Below are positions 1 through 13,300 of a stretch of DNA of 64,000 bases, piece by piece. A program made the translations under genes and the position numbers. The first letter of the stretch is position 1. Each line of letters opens with the position of its first letter. Source of the stretch: Geosiphon pyriformis uo1 (taxonomy: Eukaryota; Fungi; Glomeromycota); contig JAAOMT010000512.1 of the NCBI GenBank assembly GCA_016748015.1, forward strand, positions 1,870,893 through 1,934,892. Reading direction: 5' to 3'. The notes beneath the pieces were generated by a model. The model was not told the DNA's origin, did no database searches, and saw nothing but the letters and a program-made list of their open reading frames with translations.

Positions 1-406
1 ATTCTGGTGTTTAATGCTACTTTTAAAATCAAATTGGCTTATATTAAGACTGTTTTTTAGTTTGTACTGGTTTTTTGAATGCAAAATCAGTGTTAAAAAA
101 CAATATAAAACTCTTTTGTATAGAGTTTGCTTTTTAAAAGTTTTTGGAAACTGCTCTTTTAATTAAGCTTATAAGCTCTGTTTGTTTAGTTACTTTTAAA
201 ATTGCCAAGTCTTTGGTGGTTTCTGAATTTGGTTCCTCTTTTTTTGCTGCTATTGTGCTGCATAATATGTTTTTGGATATATCTGCTGTTAATATTAAGA
301 CAGCTCTTAGTGTGTTTAATAAAGTCACTTGTATTGTGCTAAAATCTACTGACATTTAACAATATGTAATTATTTATTTTGAAAAACTGAATTCTGCTGT
401 GTTTAC
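1..406 (+). mobile_element. Decayed LINE-like element, ORF1 (RRM-like) fragment; continues at 21085 after the insertion of element B
   Basis: ORF 144-359 (VLHNMFLDISAVNIKTALSVFNKVTCIVL) is homologous to 60869-61116 and has an RRM-like pattern. The frame EKLNSAV- resumes as -SALN..SVLV after 21085. Confidence 0.6.
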
Positions 407-1368
407 TGTTACTGAAAATTTTTAGTCTCTTTTCTTAAATACTATTAATGTCTGTTTACTGTTAATTTATGTTTTTTAAAAGCTAATGAATCTTCAATAA
501 CTGAATTTATCTTTAAATTATCTCTTATAATTTGAATTACTGGGCTTATATATAAAATGGCCAATTTTATGCCAGTTATTTTGTATAGTTATATTGTAGT
601 AAACATTAACTTTTTTTCAGAAATTGTTTATTTAAAAGCTTATTAAAATGTATAATTACTTTATTGTAAAAGTCAATTCATCTACAAAAATTTTGTCTGT
701 AGGCTACTTTAATAAATATAATAAGAAATAAAAGAGAAAAATAAAAAAAAATTAGAATTTTGTTAAGAGAATTATTTTCTATTTGGATCTGGAGTTATTA
801 ACAAATTACTGAAATTGATAACTAATCAATTTCAAAACATTAGTTTAATTTCAAAAAATGTTAAATTCAATTATTTTTAAGAATTGTTTTTCAAAGTATA
901 GTTTTTATTTTAAATTGTACTAAATAAGAATAATTTTAAAAAAAATAAGATATTTATAGTAAGATATATTTTCTCAAAGAAAAAAACTCTTTTTTTATAC
1001 AATTTGTTGTAGTATTAGTTTATGAATTTGAACTTTTTTTTTGCTATAATTTCAACAAACTAAAAATATATTTTAATAAACTACAAGTTATTTTATTAAA
1101 CTATTAACTATTTCAGTAAATTACAAGTTATTTCAGCAAATTTCTGCAAATTTTTGCAAATTCTTAAATATTATATAGTTTAAAGTATTGTGTTATTTGA
1201 TTATTCTAATTTCTATTATGCAAATTGAGTTATTATTAAATAGTAATATTTGATAATTTGATTTAAGTAATAAATGATAATTAAAATAATATTAATATAT
1301 ATTAATTAATGATAAGAATTATAAAAGTAATTTTATGCTAATTAATAACTAAAATTTTATTGGTAACA
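407..1368 (-). repeat. 3' LTR of element B
   Basis: Direct repeat of 20194-21084; the decayed PPT complement (taatttttttctt) follows at 1369. Confidence 0.85.
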
Positions 1369-1379
1369 TAATTTTTTTC

Positions 1380-2050
1380 TTAAAATTGAGCTTTGTTAAA
1401 ATCCAAGCACTATCTGTAATTTTGAGATAGTAATCCAAAATTATTGAAGTAATTTGGTCTGAAAATTGTTAAAATTTTAGTTCTGTAAGTTTGCCAATGT
1501 ATTGAATCTTTATTGGTTGAAGTATTAAATTTTGTAGAATGTTTTCACATATGTTAAATAAGTTATAAAGTCTACAAGCTGTTCTGAGTTTGTAGTGAAC
1601 ATTTGTTGGTCTAATTATTGTCTTGAATTTGTTGTATATTTGCTTTTATATAGCTTCAGAAGTAAAATTGATTGCTTTTAGTTCCAGTTTCCATTGGTGT
1701 AGTGTTTTTTCAATTTGGAAATATTGATAACTAAAAGTATATTTACTGCTTTCATTAAGACACATTTAAAGTTTTTGTTGTATTATAATATTCAGAGAAA
1801 TGTTAATAGATGTAAACAATAAGTTTTTTTTTAAAGCTTGTTTTAAAAGTTCTGGTAATTGACTTTCAAAATAACTTTTTGTGTTTTTTCTATAAAAATA
1901 ATAATTTTAAGAATTATTTATTATTAAGACTGTGGTTTTTCTTTGAATGTAATTAATTTGATTTTTATTAATTGTTAAAGAGTATTTTTAAAGCTAATAT
2001 TAATTTTTGGAATATTTTTTAAATGTTTTGAAAAATAAGCATTATAAATT
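1380..2050 (-). pseudogene. ORF3 homologue of element B (degenerate)
   Basis: Minus strand reads YQYFQI..., ACRLY..F, IGKLTE..F and C-terminal LDFNKAQF, matching ORF3 of A, C and D. Start is approximate. Confidence 0.6.
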
Positions 2051-2299
2051 TAAATAGAATTTAAATAAATTTTTGTAAAAATAAAAGAATAAAGAAGAAA
2101 TTATTTTTGTATAGAAATTTTATATATTTTTGGTTTGGGTTTTTTTTAGTAGTTATTTTACTATTTTTGTTTAATGTTTCTGTATTATTTTAAGAAAATT
2201 ACTAATAAAATTAAGTTAAATGTTCAGATTTGGTTGTTGTTTTTTACAACTATTGGTTCTAAATTTTGGAGAATATCTTCTCAATTAATTAAAAAAAAA

Positions 2300-5200
2300 T
2301 GTGTACTAATTTGTGGAATTAATGATTTAGGATTGTTTCTGAATTAATAGTGCTTCAATCAATTTTTATGTACAACTTTGGCTAAAATTTTGTTATCAAG
2401 TCTTAATTTATATAATCTATTGCTTAAAATTTTGTGAATATAAAATGATCTGTTTTATTTAAGTTCAAATTTTTTACTTTATTGTTTTTTAGTTTTAGTT
2501 TTATATAAAAAAACTTTGTTTCCAATTTTAAATTTATTGGTGACTGGTGATAATTTGTTGTTATGCTATTCTTTTTATTAAGCTTAAAAATGTTTAATAT
2601 AAGTTGTTGTTATTTATTTTTTTTCTTTTAATATACTAAAAAAAGTGTAGGCTTTTTATTAAAATGGTTTTTAAAAGTTTTTTTCATTAATTAGTTGCAT
2701 TGAATATGTTTCTACTAAAAAATTAATTGTTAGTATTGCTGTTTTTTCATAGATAAAATCAAATAATGTATGTTTTATGATATTTTGTTTTAGTGTTCTA
2801 TAAATTAGTAATACTGATAGAATAAAAATATTTTATTTCTGCTCAAAATTAGTTGAAACTTTGTCTAGTTACTTACATAATATCTGGTTAAAATGTTCTA
2901 CTAATTTATTTGTTTATAAATAATATAATAATAATAAAGATTGTTTGACATTGAATCATTCACAAATTTTTTGTATTAAATTGTTTATAAAGTGTGTTTC
3001 TTGATTAGATAGAAATTTAATTGAACATTTATGTCTACAAATAATGTTTTCATAGATAAAATTTGCTATTGATTTTGTGTTTGCTTTTTGGATGGCTTTG
3101 GCTTTAGGCTATTTAATAAAATAATTTACTGCAACTGCTATATGACAGTTTTTTGGGATTGTAATAAGTAATGATCTGACTAAATTAATTTCAACTTTGT
3201 CAAAAGATTGTCTAACTTTAATTAAATTTAGAGATTTAGTGGAACAAATTTCTTCTTTTTTTTAACAATTATTACATAATTCTATATATTATTAAATGTT
3301 TTGGTGTATATATAACTAAAAATAATGTTCAAGTGTTTTTTGAATTGACCATCTTTTCTTAAGTGTACTAATAATAGGTTTGTGTACATGTTATATAAAA
3401 TGGTTTTTATTTTATTTTATTAGACTAATCTGAGTGAATTTGTTAAATTTTTGTAATTTCAATAATAAATTTTGTTGTAATAAATAAAGTATTGTTTTGC
3501 TTGGTTTTGTAATCGGTGTTTTTTATCTAAAGACCAGTTTTTTGGTATTTTAAAAGTCTCCAAATAGTTTTTAATATTGTAGTTTTTAGGATCCATTGTT
3601 TATTAATTGTTTTGTTATTATTGAATTGTTAAATTGTAAGTATTAATTTTAATCTTACCTTATTTTTAAAAGACTATCTATATTGATATATAGTTTTTTT
3701 GGTTTGTAGTGTATAATATATTTGTAATTGGCAAGAAAATCAGTCTATTGGGATTGTTTTACACTAAATTTGAAGCTTTTTTTTTAAATTATTTGAAGCC
3801 AATATTATTAATAATAATATTAAATTAAAGTTCATTTTAAAAGTATTGTTGAAAGTATTTAAGAGTCCAAATAATAATTACTGTTTCTAATTTGGTTGAA
3901 TCTTATTTGAGTTCTGTTGGCTTGAGTGTTTTACTGGCATATGCAATTACTTACTTATTGTCATTGTCATCTAATTGTGATAAAATAACACCAAAAACTA
4001 TGTGTAAAGCATCAATAATTAACTGGAATCTTTTGTTGAAATTAGAATAGACAAGAATTAGAGCTGTAATTAGTTTTTTTTAAGAATATTAAATACTTTT
4101 TGTTGAACTAAGATCTATTAATATTGAATATTTTTATTGATTAAATAATTGAGAGGTTTGGCAATTTCTGAAAATTTTTTGATAAACTTTCAGTAATAGA
4201 AAACTAATCCTATAAATTTTCTTAATTCTATAGTATTTTGAAAAATCTAAAAGTTTTTAATAACACTAATTGTTTCTGGATTGGATTAAACTCCATTTTT
4301 GTTAACAATATGTCCAAAAAAAATTAAATTCATTTTTTTGAAGTGACATTTTTCAATGTTTAATTTTAGTTTTGTTTTTTATAATTATTGAAAAACTTCT
4401 TATAGATAAATTAGATAAGCTTTAAAACTTGAAGAGTAAACATCAGTATTATTAAGATAAACAACTATTAATTATTATAAAAATTCTTTATAAATAACAT
4501 TCATTAGTTTTTGGAATATTGCTGGTGTATTATAAAGTTCAAAAGACATAATATTGAACTTGTAATTTCCTCTTTGTGTGATAAATGCTGTTTTAGAACA
4601 GTCTTTTAGATCTATTTTAACTTGTCAATATCTACTTTTCAAATCTAAAGTTGAAAAAAACTTGGCTTTTTCTAAAGCATTTAGCATATTGTTGATTCTT
4701 AAAAAGAAATATGCATCTCTAATTATTACACTATTGAGTTGACAATAATCTATACAGAATTTGATCTTGTCATTTTTTTTTTGATAAAAACTACTGATAA
4801 GGCCCAAAAATTTCTTGATAATTAGATAAAATCATTGTTAAGCATTTATTGTACTTTTTTTTTAATAAATTAGTAACTGGCAGATAGAATTTAATAAACT
4901 TGTTGACATTTTAGTAAAACATTTTCTGTGTAAATTTGATGTTGTATTATGTCAGTTTTTCTGAGATTATTATTATTTTTAACAAATATATTAGCATATT
5001 TGGCAATTAACTGTTTTAATTGTTTTTGTTGTTGGGGTTTCAAGAGATCTATGTTGATTTGAAAGAGTTTTTCTTTAATAAGATGATAGTTTTTGGTAGT
5101 AAACAGAATATTTGAGTTTGGAAGAAAGATGTGTCTTACAATTTCAATAAAATTAAAAACAATTTAAAAGGTTTCATTTTGAAAGATATTGTTATATATG

Positions 5201-8200
5201 ATTTCAATTTCTAATTTATTTAATAAAACAATAAAGTATCTGTTAGAATTGTAAAAAATAACTTGAAATTTCTTTATTCTTTTCGGAATATAAACATTTA
5301 GAATTGAAATTTTATTTTTTAAACAAATTTATTTATTTAATTTGAAAATTTGTTGAATGGTAGTTGGTTTTAAACAAATATAAATTTTGTAATATTTTCT
5401 AAAAGATAAAATAATAATTGGTTAAAGAAATTAAAAAATTTGGTAAGATTTATTTTGTGCATTAAAAACTATATTTACTGAAACTGTAAAACGTTTAGTT
5501 AAACCAAAACCTTAAGTTTTTTTATTATTTTTGCCTAATTGTTCTCTTTAATTAACTAATTGTAAACTCGAAATGTTGATTAAAGATAAATAAATTGCTT
5601 GGGCAATCTTTTTGGCATGCTCAATTTTAAATGGTTTATTAGTTTTGTTTTGTAACATAATTGTAATGTTTTTGTGTATCTTGTATTTATAATTTTTTCT
5701 CTAATATTGATTTTTTTGCTTGTTAATAATGAACAGAAAGCAATTTAAACTATTGCTCCTAGTGAGATTTTGAGAGCAATTCTAAAGTTGATTTTTGTTA
5801 AGAACTTGAATTAAAAAATTAAAGTGTTTTTGCCAAAATATTATAGATTATATCCTATATTAATTTTGTGAGCTTTTTTAGGCTTAATTTTTTGATCATT
5901 ATTGTCAAAGTATTTAAGTTGTAGGACTAGTTAATTCTTGAACAAATAAATTGGTATAGTTGGCAGTTTTTTTTTGGTTTGAGTTCTCCAAATTCGATTT
6001 TTTTCTGGTTATTTTTGCTGGACAAAAAAATGCTAAGAGCATAGTATTTTGAACATTATTTGCATTACAAAACATAATACATTCTTTACACAATTAAATG
6101 TTTATTTGCTTTAATTATTAAATTTAAGCTTTTTTGGTCAGATAAGTGTAACTTGCAATTTGGTAATAAGTTTTGACTTCATTCTCATAATTATATTTAG
6201 CAATTTTGAAGATATATTCAATATATTTAGCTTCTTTTATTTGGTGGACATTTTTTTAAGTTCTTTTATTGATTAAAATTATGACTATTTTATAGATTAT
6301 TTTAATATTATGTAGATAATAGTACAGTTTATTAAGAACATTATTGTAAACAACATTAAATGGAGTTTTTTATTTTATTTTTTTAACAATTAAGAATACA
6401 TATTAACAGATTTAATTACAGACTCTTTTTCTTATTGCAATATTAATTCAGTTGCATTCTTCTGATAATATTTTTTTGTATGTAAGACAAAAGATGTTGT
6501 CATATTTTTTATTTTGTTTGGGGTATTCAAATTATTTCTGGTGGCAGGCCTTACAGTAATAGCAAATATGCATCTTATATTCTTTTTTTGGAAATACACA
6601 AGCTTTTATTAACAAAAACTTTTTGTTATAATCCTTGTATTTGAGTAGAATATATAGTGGTTGTTTTTATTGTTATAAGTAATTATTTGAAGTGTTGGAA
6701 CAAATAACAAATTCATAATTTGGTGCTCAATAGCTAGAAATATTGGTAATTTTTAAAAATTTTGGAGTTTGAAGGTTTTAATTAAGTTTTTTGTATAATA
6801 AACAAAAATTTAATTAATAATTCTTCTGTGAATTTCTTTTTTTAATATAATGGCCAGTTTATTTTGAAAGTTGTGCTCTTTTGGTAAGCTATTCTTAAGT
6901 TTTTTATTCTTATTTTTAGGTTTTTTATCAGGCTATTTTTAATATTAAATACTTAACACTTAATTTTTTTAATCAATTAGTAAACAACAAAAAAATAAAA
7001 CAAAAAAAAACAAAAAATTATTATTCTGTCAATAGCTATAATTAAAAGCTATTGGCTTAGTGTAATTAAATATTAGATTCTATTAATATGAAGTGTTAAT
7101 AGTATAGAATAGATTAATATTCTTTAATCAAGTAATAATAATATAAATTTGGGTAATAATAAATGTTTTATTGATATAAGTATAATTTCATTTCAAGTTA
7201 TAAAAAACTATTTTTTGAAAAGAAAGGTAGTGTTATTTTGAATTAAATTGTCTTTTTTTATTATATTTTTTTCTTATTGGCTATTTTTTTATCTATTATA
7301 ATTTTTATTTCTATAAGTAATACTATAATTCTAATTTAAAATAGTGAACAATATTTTATCTTTTGGTTTTTTCAAAATTTTCTTGTTCTGTTTCTTTGGT
7401 CTAATTAGATGTTAATTTAAGAGCCATATAGGTTTTAGTAATTAACAATTTTTTTTAAATTTAAATACAGAGATTTTTTCCAATTATTTGTTAAAAATAT
7501 TACAAATAGCAAGTATTTTGGTGTATTGTTTTTGATATAAGATCTTTAATTTCTGAGTTTTCTAATTTAGATTTGTATTGGTTTTAAAAAGCCAATAATT
7601 TTCAACCAGAGCTTGGTATTGGGGTATATTTATAATAAGAACTTTGATAAATATGGTAATTTTATTAATTATAAATAAAAAGTTGTCAATTTTTTTTATA
7701 CTATTGGCTGTAATAATAATTGTTTAAACAGATTTGTCAATATTTTGTTGTAGTTTTTATATTAATTAATAGATAATAATGCTTTTAGCAAATCTACTAT
7801 TTAAAATTAATCAAATTGGTTTTTCTTTAACTTCAGTTTTAATGTATATAGTTGTAATTGCTTTTTGTTTAGTAATAGCTGTATTGCTAAGTAAAGATAG
7901 TAATTTGTTGGCCTCAAATTCAAATAAAAAAATATTAAACAAATTGGTGTTTTGGACAATTTTGGCTAGTAGAATGGTATTACTAAAAGAATCTTGTTTT
8001 GTTGCTATAACTTTATCTTCAAAAAGTGCAGTTTGTTGAAAATCTGATTTTTATGGCATTGTAAGATAACTAAGTTGAGTGTAGTAATGTGTAAGTGTTT
8101 GTTGAATTTGATTTTGAAGAACTAATTGGTTATTGAGGTTAAATTTTTTGTTATTTGTTGTAAATTGGTTTTGAAGTGCAAATTTATTTTGTTAAACCAA

Positions 8201-9442
8201 TTTTCAAACAAATACTTGATATTGTTAAACTAGAGATTGTGAATATTATTGTTGAATAAATTGTGAAGTAGATTGATAGAAGTTGTTTTAATATTAAAAT
8301 CTTGGTAAATAATAAGTTGGTAGTAGAGATTTATAATAAAATTGTTAAGATTGAAAATAATATTAATTATTTTTTGATTGTTGGTTTCTTTGCATTTTTG
8401 GCAATTTTATTTTCAGTATTTTAAAATTTTACAATAATAATAGTTTTGTGGTTAGTTGTTAGATGATAATAAGAAAAAGCTGTTCTAATTTTGTTATTGT
8501 AATAACTAGTACCTTGGTTGTTACTACTGTTGTTAATTTGTAAAATAATTTTTTACCTTCTTGGTAAGTTGATTGGTTTTTTTTTCAGCTGCTAAGCTGG
8601 TTTTTTCAATGGTTAAGTTTACAAGTTTAATATAGTTTGCTTTTTTTATTGCTATTTTATAGTTCTTTACATGTTAAATAGCTATAGCTAAGTTTGCTAA
8701 AACATGAAAACAAATTTTTTTTATTAATTTATTCTTTAATCTAGTAATAAATTGGTCCAAAATTTAAGCATTAAAATAATTTTTATTGGTTTTTAGTTGT
8801 TAAATTTGTCAAAAAAGTTTGTTGAACTTTCTAAAATAAGTTATAACAGATTTAAATAGTTTTTGCTTGATGTTTTAGAATTGGTTTTGAAGAATAATAG
8901 AGGTGTTGTTGTTATTGAATTGTTTTATAAAAGCATTTTTAAATGCTTGCCAGGTTTTAAAAAGTTTTTTTAAGTTTTTAAACCATTTGTTTGCAATTCT
9001 TTAAAAAAAATAAGAAATCATTTCATTTGTTTGCATTTTTTGCTTTCTAGACTTTGTTGAAACATTCTTGTGAACTGGTGTTAACATTTTCTCTAATAAA
9101 TTCAGTAATTTTTACAATATAAATAATTGTTATTTCTTCTGCATTTTTGTTTTTATCAGTTTTTTTCTCAATGAATTCAGAAATATTTTTATTGTTATTA
9201 AAGTGATTACTCTGGTTTTTTGTTAAAAAGTCAAGAAATTTTGTGCTAATAACGATTTGTTTTGGCTGTTGTGCTGGATTTTTTGGTAAAATAAAGTTTT
9301 TTGGTCTTAAAAACTAGATAAGAGGTAAATTAGATATTTGTAGTTAAGCAAATAAAAGTGATAATAATATAATAGAAAGTGGTAATTTGATACTGGTTCC
9401 TTGTTTAAGTATTTGCAAATGTTTGGCAGTTGTTTTTGGTGT
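2300..9442 (-). pseudogene. gag-pol remnant of element B (Gag, PR, Cys-rich region, dUTPase, RT, RH, IN)
   Basis: ORF 4625-4807 (FCIDYCQLNSVIIRDAYF...FFSTLDLKSRY) is RT. Other motifs are recognisable through many stop codons. Confidence 0.8.
6671..7322 (-). mobile_element. Solo LTR (A/C-related, short, lacks the GGAATT array) inserted in element B
   Basis: Starts tgttataagtaattatttga like the LTR of C, ends ctataagtaata, contains both LTR hairpins (7030-7102); TSD ttat/ctat. Confidence 0.7.
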
Positions 9443-10331
9443 TGTTACTCATAGAAATATAGGAAATATATTAGCATAATTATTAGCCAATCAGAAGTAA
9501 GCATAGTAAATGTGGAATTCCAGGATTCCTCTCAGGAATTGCAGAATTCCAGGAATCTCAGGATTTTCCAATGAGGAATTGCAAGATTCCAGAATTCCAA
9601 GATTCCTCTCAAAGGAATTGCAAGATTCCAGGAATTGCAGGATTCCAGAATTCCAAGATTCCTCTCAAAGGAATTGCAGGATTCCTGTCATGAAAAATCG
9701 AGGAATTGAGGAATCTCAATTATGTATATATAGTGGTAGTGTTAGAAACAAAAAAGACAGAATTGATACTACAGAATTCTTAGCCTAGAAACAAAAATTA
9801 TCAAATAAATAATTATTCCATATCTTAATCTACTCTCCACTATCAACATTTTATGTTGATAATAAGTGATACTTAACCACACTGAAACAATAGCTCTTGA
9901 TTACAGCTATTGATGGAATACTAATCTGCAAATTGCCTTGGCTTATTTTTTTCTTTCTTTATTTTTCTCTTATTTTTCTTTATTTTATTTTGATTTATTA
10001 TTGTGTACTAACCCATTGATTAAAAAGCGCTGATTACTGACATCAAAGATTGCTTGGTAAAAGACTCCTGCGAGAGGATAGGACATGTACAGAAAATACG
10101 GATTACTTACCAGAAGATTGCCGGCCATCAAGCTGAAAAAAAAATTGACAGACTTGTGAGTCTGAGAAGCTATGGATAAAACAACTATTGAATCTCTGTT
10201 CATTATACAAAAAACTCCATCAAAACCTTCAGATACAATACTTGCAAAACCTCATCAATGGAAGTAGTTTTATGAGCACCAAGTTATGGGTTTGTTATTT
10301 ACTTCAACAACAGAAATAATCCCTTGTAATA
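9443..10331 (+). repeat. 5' LTR of element A (889 bp)
   Basis: TGTTAC...TGTAATA; CCAAT box ~9487, GGAATT/GGATTCC array, TATATATAG ~9725. Confidence 0.95.
9513..9720 (+). repeat. U3 tandem array of GGAATT(G/C)CA / GGATTCCA units
   Basis: Visible 8-10 bp periodic units, with one extra 39-bp block compared with the 3' LTR. Also present at ~23250-23450, ~24780-24950 and ~34980-35150. Confidence 0.9.
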
Positions 10332-10333
10332 TT

Positions 10334-10350
10334 TGGTGCTCCCTGTGAGG
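10334..10350 (+). promoter_or_regulatory. Primer-binding site TGGTGCTCCCTGTGAGG (probably tRNA-Ile(UAU)-like 3' end)
   Basis: TGG lies 2 nt after the LTR. The reverse complement CCTCACAGGGAGCACCA resembles eukaryotic tRNA-Ile(UAU) 3' ends; the tRNA identity is inference. The same motif occurs in C at 34367-34383. Confidence 0.8.
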
Positions 10351-10390
10351 TATAATCCTACAGAGAACCAGCACCAACCCAAATCTAAAT

Positions 10391-13300
10391 GTGACAGAAT
10401 CAGAAAATATAAGAGCAAACCATTTAGGATTTGCAAAATTCTTGTTTCAACAATACAGCCAACAATTAGGATTAAACAGTAATCATTACCCAGCTGAATC
10501 AGCCTTCAACTTTTACATCAACGACAGAATCACTGAATGCTTAGGAGAAACAGTTAACATTGAAGCAGCAAAAGAAAACTTTTACACAGAATTATTCCAA
10601 CACATCAACTTACCAAGGAACTATAGTTTTGTACCAATAATTAGAGAAATCAACCAGACTATTAAAAGGTACACTCAACAACAATTTTCTATTACCTACA
10701 CAGACAAAAGTAAAGGAAAAATACAAACACCAGCAGCAACACTAAAAGGAATACAGTTACCTAGTTGGAAGAAGCACAGAGTAGAATCACCAACCACTCT
10801 ATCATATCACTACACACTTGAAAGCACCATCAACATCTCATTAGCAGACACGTCCACCTTAAACACAACATTAACAGTTGGAAGATTCCAGTTTTAAAGC
10901 AAACAACAGAAAGAAGATTTACTAGGGCCATATAGAGCATATTTTGAAGAATTTAAATCACAATCACCAACTTCATCAAGAATTCGATCACCGCCACCTC
11001 AACCAGACTTTGGAATTGCTACCCTGTGGGAACTATCTGAAAAAGAAGAGGAAGAAGAATTGGAAGATCAAGAATTTACTTACCAAAACCCAATCACTGA
11101 AAACCCGGAAGTTGAAACCCCAAATTTTCAAGCTCAGCAAAGTCTAAATCTAGAAAATTTGGAAATCAAAATCCCGAATCATCAAAGGCAGAACAATCCA
11201 AACTCCGAATTAAGTAATCAGCAAAACTTACCTCCAGTAATTGTCATTGATCAACTGCCGATTAATCCAGTAGCTGAACCCATACAACAGCCATTTCAAC
11301 TACCACTCCAACAACCAGTACAACAACAACCACTTCAACAGCCACCACAACAACCCAATTTAGATCCAATAGCCTACGCATCAATTGCAAAACTTGACAA
11401 CTTTACTGGTAAAGAAGATGATGTGCAAGTATGGCTAAATGACATAGAGAAAGCCATCACTGCGAACAGATGGAATGATGCCCAAGCACTTCAAGCCATC
11501 TCATACTTTCTAAAGGACACCACAGATGCATGGTATCAAAGTCTAGCTGTCAAACCCCAAAACTTCAATGACTTCAAGATGGAATTTGTAAGATATTTCA
11601 GCAACAATAATAGTATCAACAAATTAGCCAACTTTTTCACTACCATCAAACAAGGAGATACTGAAGCAGTCACTACTTACCTGGGATGCTTCCATAGAAA
11701 CTTACACCAGATCCAAGCAATTCAAGCTGACTATTTTACAGTGTCACAGATTTTAAACCAATTTATTAGAGGTTTGCACAGTAATCTCCTCCAACAAGTA
11801 TGCCTAATGCATCCAGTTAACCTTCCTACTGCAGTTACACATGCCAGAGATTTTGAAGCAGCTGAGTTAGAAGCCAACCACACCCAAGCAGTAAACCTAG
11901 TAATGAATAGATCATCTGAATTGAACTCCAAACTGAAACAATTCAGTGAGTCAATTAATCAGAAACTAGAGGAATACTTAGCTGACAATTGCACCATATA
12001 TCAAACACCACAATGATGCCATAATTCAGAAAACACAACTCGTTTCCAAAATCAATTATGGTTATCATCCTCAACTGCATCTAGTCTACCATGGCAGCTG
12101 GAAACACGTGCCTGCCACAACTGTGGTAAACAAGACCATATTCGAGTTAATTGCCATACTTATAGCAACCAACAATTGGAAAATCAATACAGAAATCCTG
12201 ATTGCCAGTTCCAAACTCCAAATCGTTATCCGAATCAAGATCAAAACCAATATCAAACTACTTACCTACCAATAATGCAGCAACCAATTTATCAACTGCC
12301 AGTATATTAATCTTCAATTTATTAACAGCAGTCTCCAGCAATTTATCAACAGCAGCCTCCAGTAATTTATTAGCCACAGCTCTAAATAATTTATCAGTTT
12401 CAACCATCAATTCAAACACCACTCCAAAACTCAGCTATGATGACATCAGAAAACCCGAGACCCAGAATTGCTCAAAATTGGAGATTGGCAATGGTTGTTC
12501 ATCAACTGGTTCCCAGCTCTTCTCACCAGAGCTTAGGACCCCATTCTCGAAATTTGGGTACAGGCACCACCCAAAACCCGACTTCCCAACACTATTTAAG
12601 TCTCCTGGTTACCTCAGAAGACACTTCAACTAACAACCAAGAATTCACCCAAAAACAACAAACACTTACCAGCAATATTCTACCAGCAACAGTTACCAAT
12701 GATGAATCACTAACCACCATCTTCCTATTTGAGATCAAAGAACCGTCAAGTACACCATTATTTAGTGGAGCCACTCTTAATGAAAAACCCATCACTACAA
12801 TGTATACAGATGCTAAGGTTGATGGTCAATTCATTAAATTGATTCTCAATAGTGGTTCAGCAGGCAGTATCATCACATAACAACTCATGGATCAATTAGA
12901 TTGCCAAGTTGATCGAGCTGCCAGTGCCAGAATCATCACAGCCGATGGAGTGATCAAAACTCCAATTGGCGAAATTGACAACTTCCTTTTCAAAGTTAAT
13001 AGTATCGTGACTCCCATTAAAGTTCTAGTGATGGAAGCCACTCAATATCAAGCTCTCGTTGGTAATAACTGGCTATCCAAAGTCAACATGACATTAAACT
13101 GAAACACCCAGGAACTCCAGCTAACATATCAGGACTGACACATACATGTACTAGCCACGTGTGGCCATTTCAAGACTCCTCCAAGAGAGAAACTATTGAT
13201 CGAACTGGAGAAGAAGAAAGAGAAACCTACCTGGGAAGCATACCAAGTCTCGTGGGCCAACACCGACCACAACGAGCTGCCACCAATACTCGCCTAGGAT

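Noticed and set aside
9513-9720. CRISPR-like or coding repeat (ORFs 9510-9788, 23226-23423)
   Set aside because: No unique spacers and a eukaryotic context; the ORFs are by-products of a U3 tandem array.
9840-9925. Self-cleaving ribozyme in the LTR
   Set aside because: No hammerhead (CUGANGA/GAAA), HDV, twister or pistol core recognisable by eye; only two simple hairpins are supported.
9869-10073. U1 snRNA-like words in the LTR (ATACTTxACC, TGATCACG, GGCTTAT, GACCCCTGCGA)
   Set aside because: The order matches but the spacing does not, no Sm-site architecture is visible, and GACCCCTGCG is not kept in C. Treated as coincidence unless Infernal with the U1 model scores it.
9985-10203. Antisense or sense protein encoded in the LTR (also 19394-19654, 34369-34720)
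   Set aside because: Alignment of the A and C LTRs shows indels that are not multiples of three, so conservation is at the nucleotide level.
12202-12633. Overlapping Ser/Thr/Asn-rich ORF (also 31131-31598)
   Set aside because: Alternate-frame shadow of the Gln/Pro/Tyr repeat of Gag. It stays open because C>T creates stops mainly in the CAA-rich true frame.
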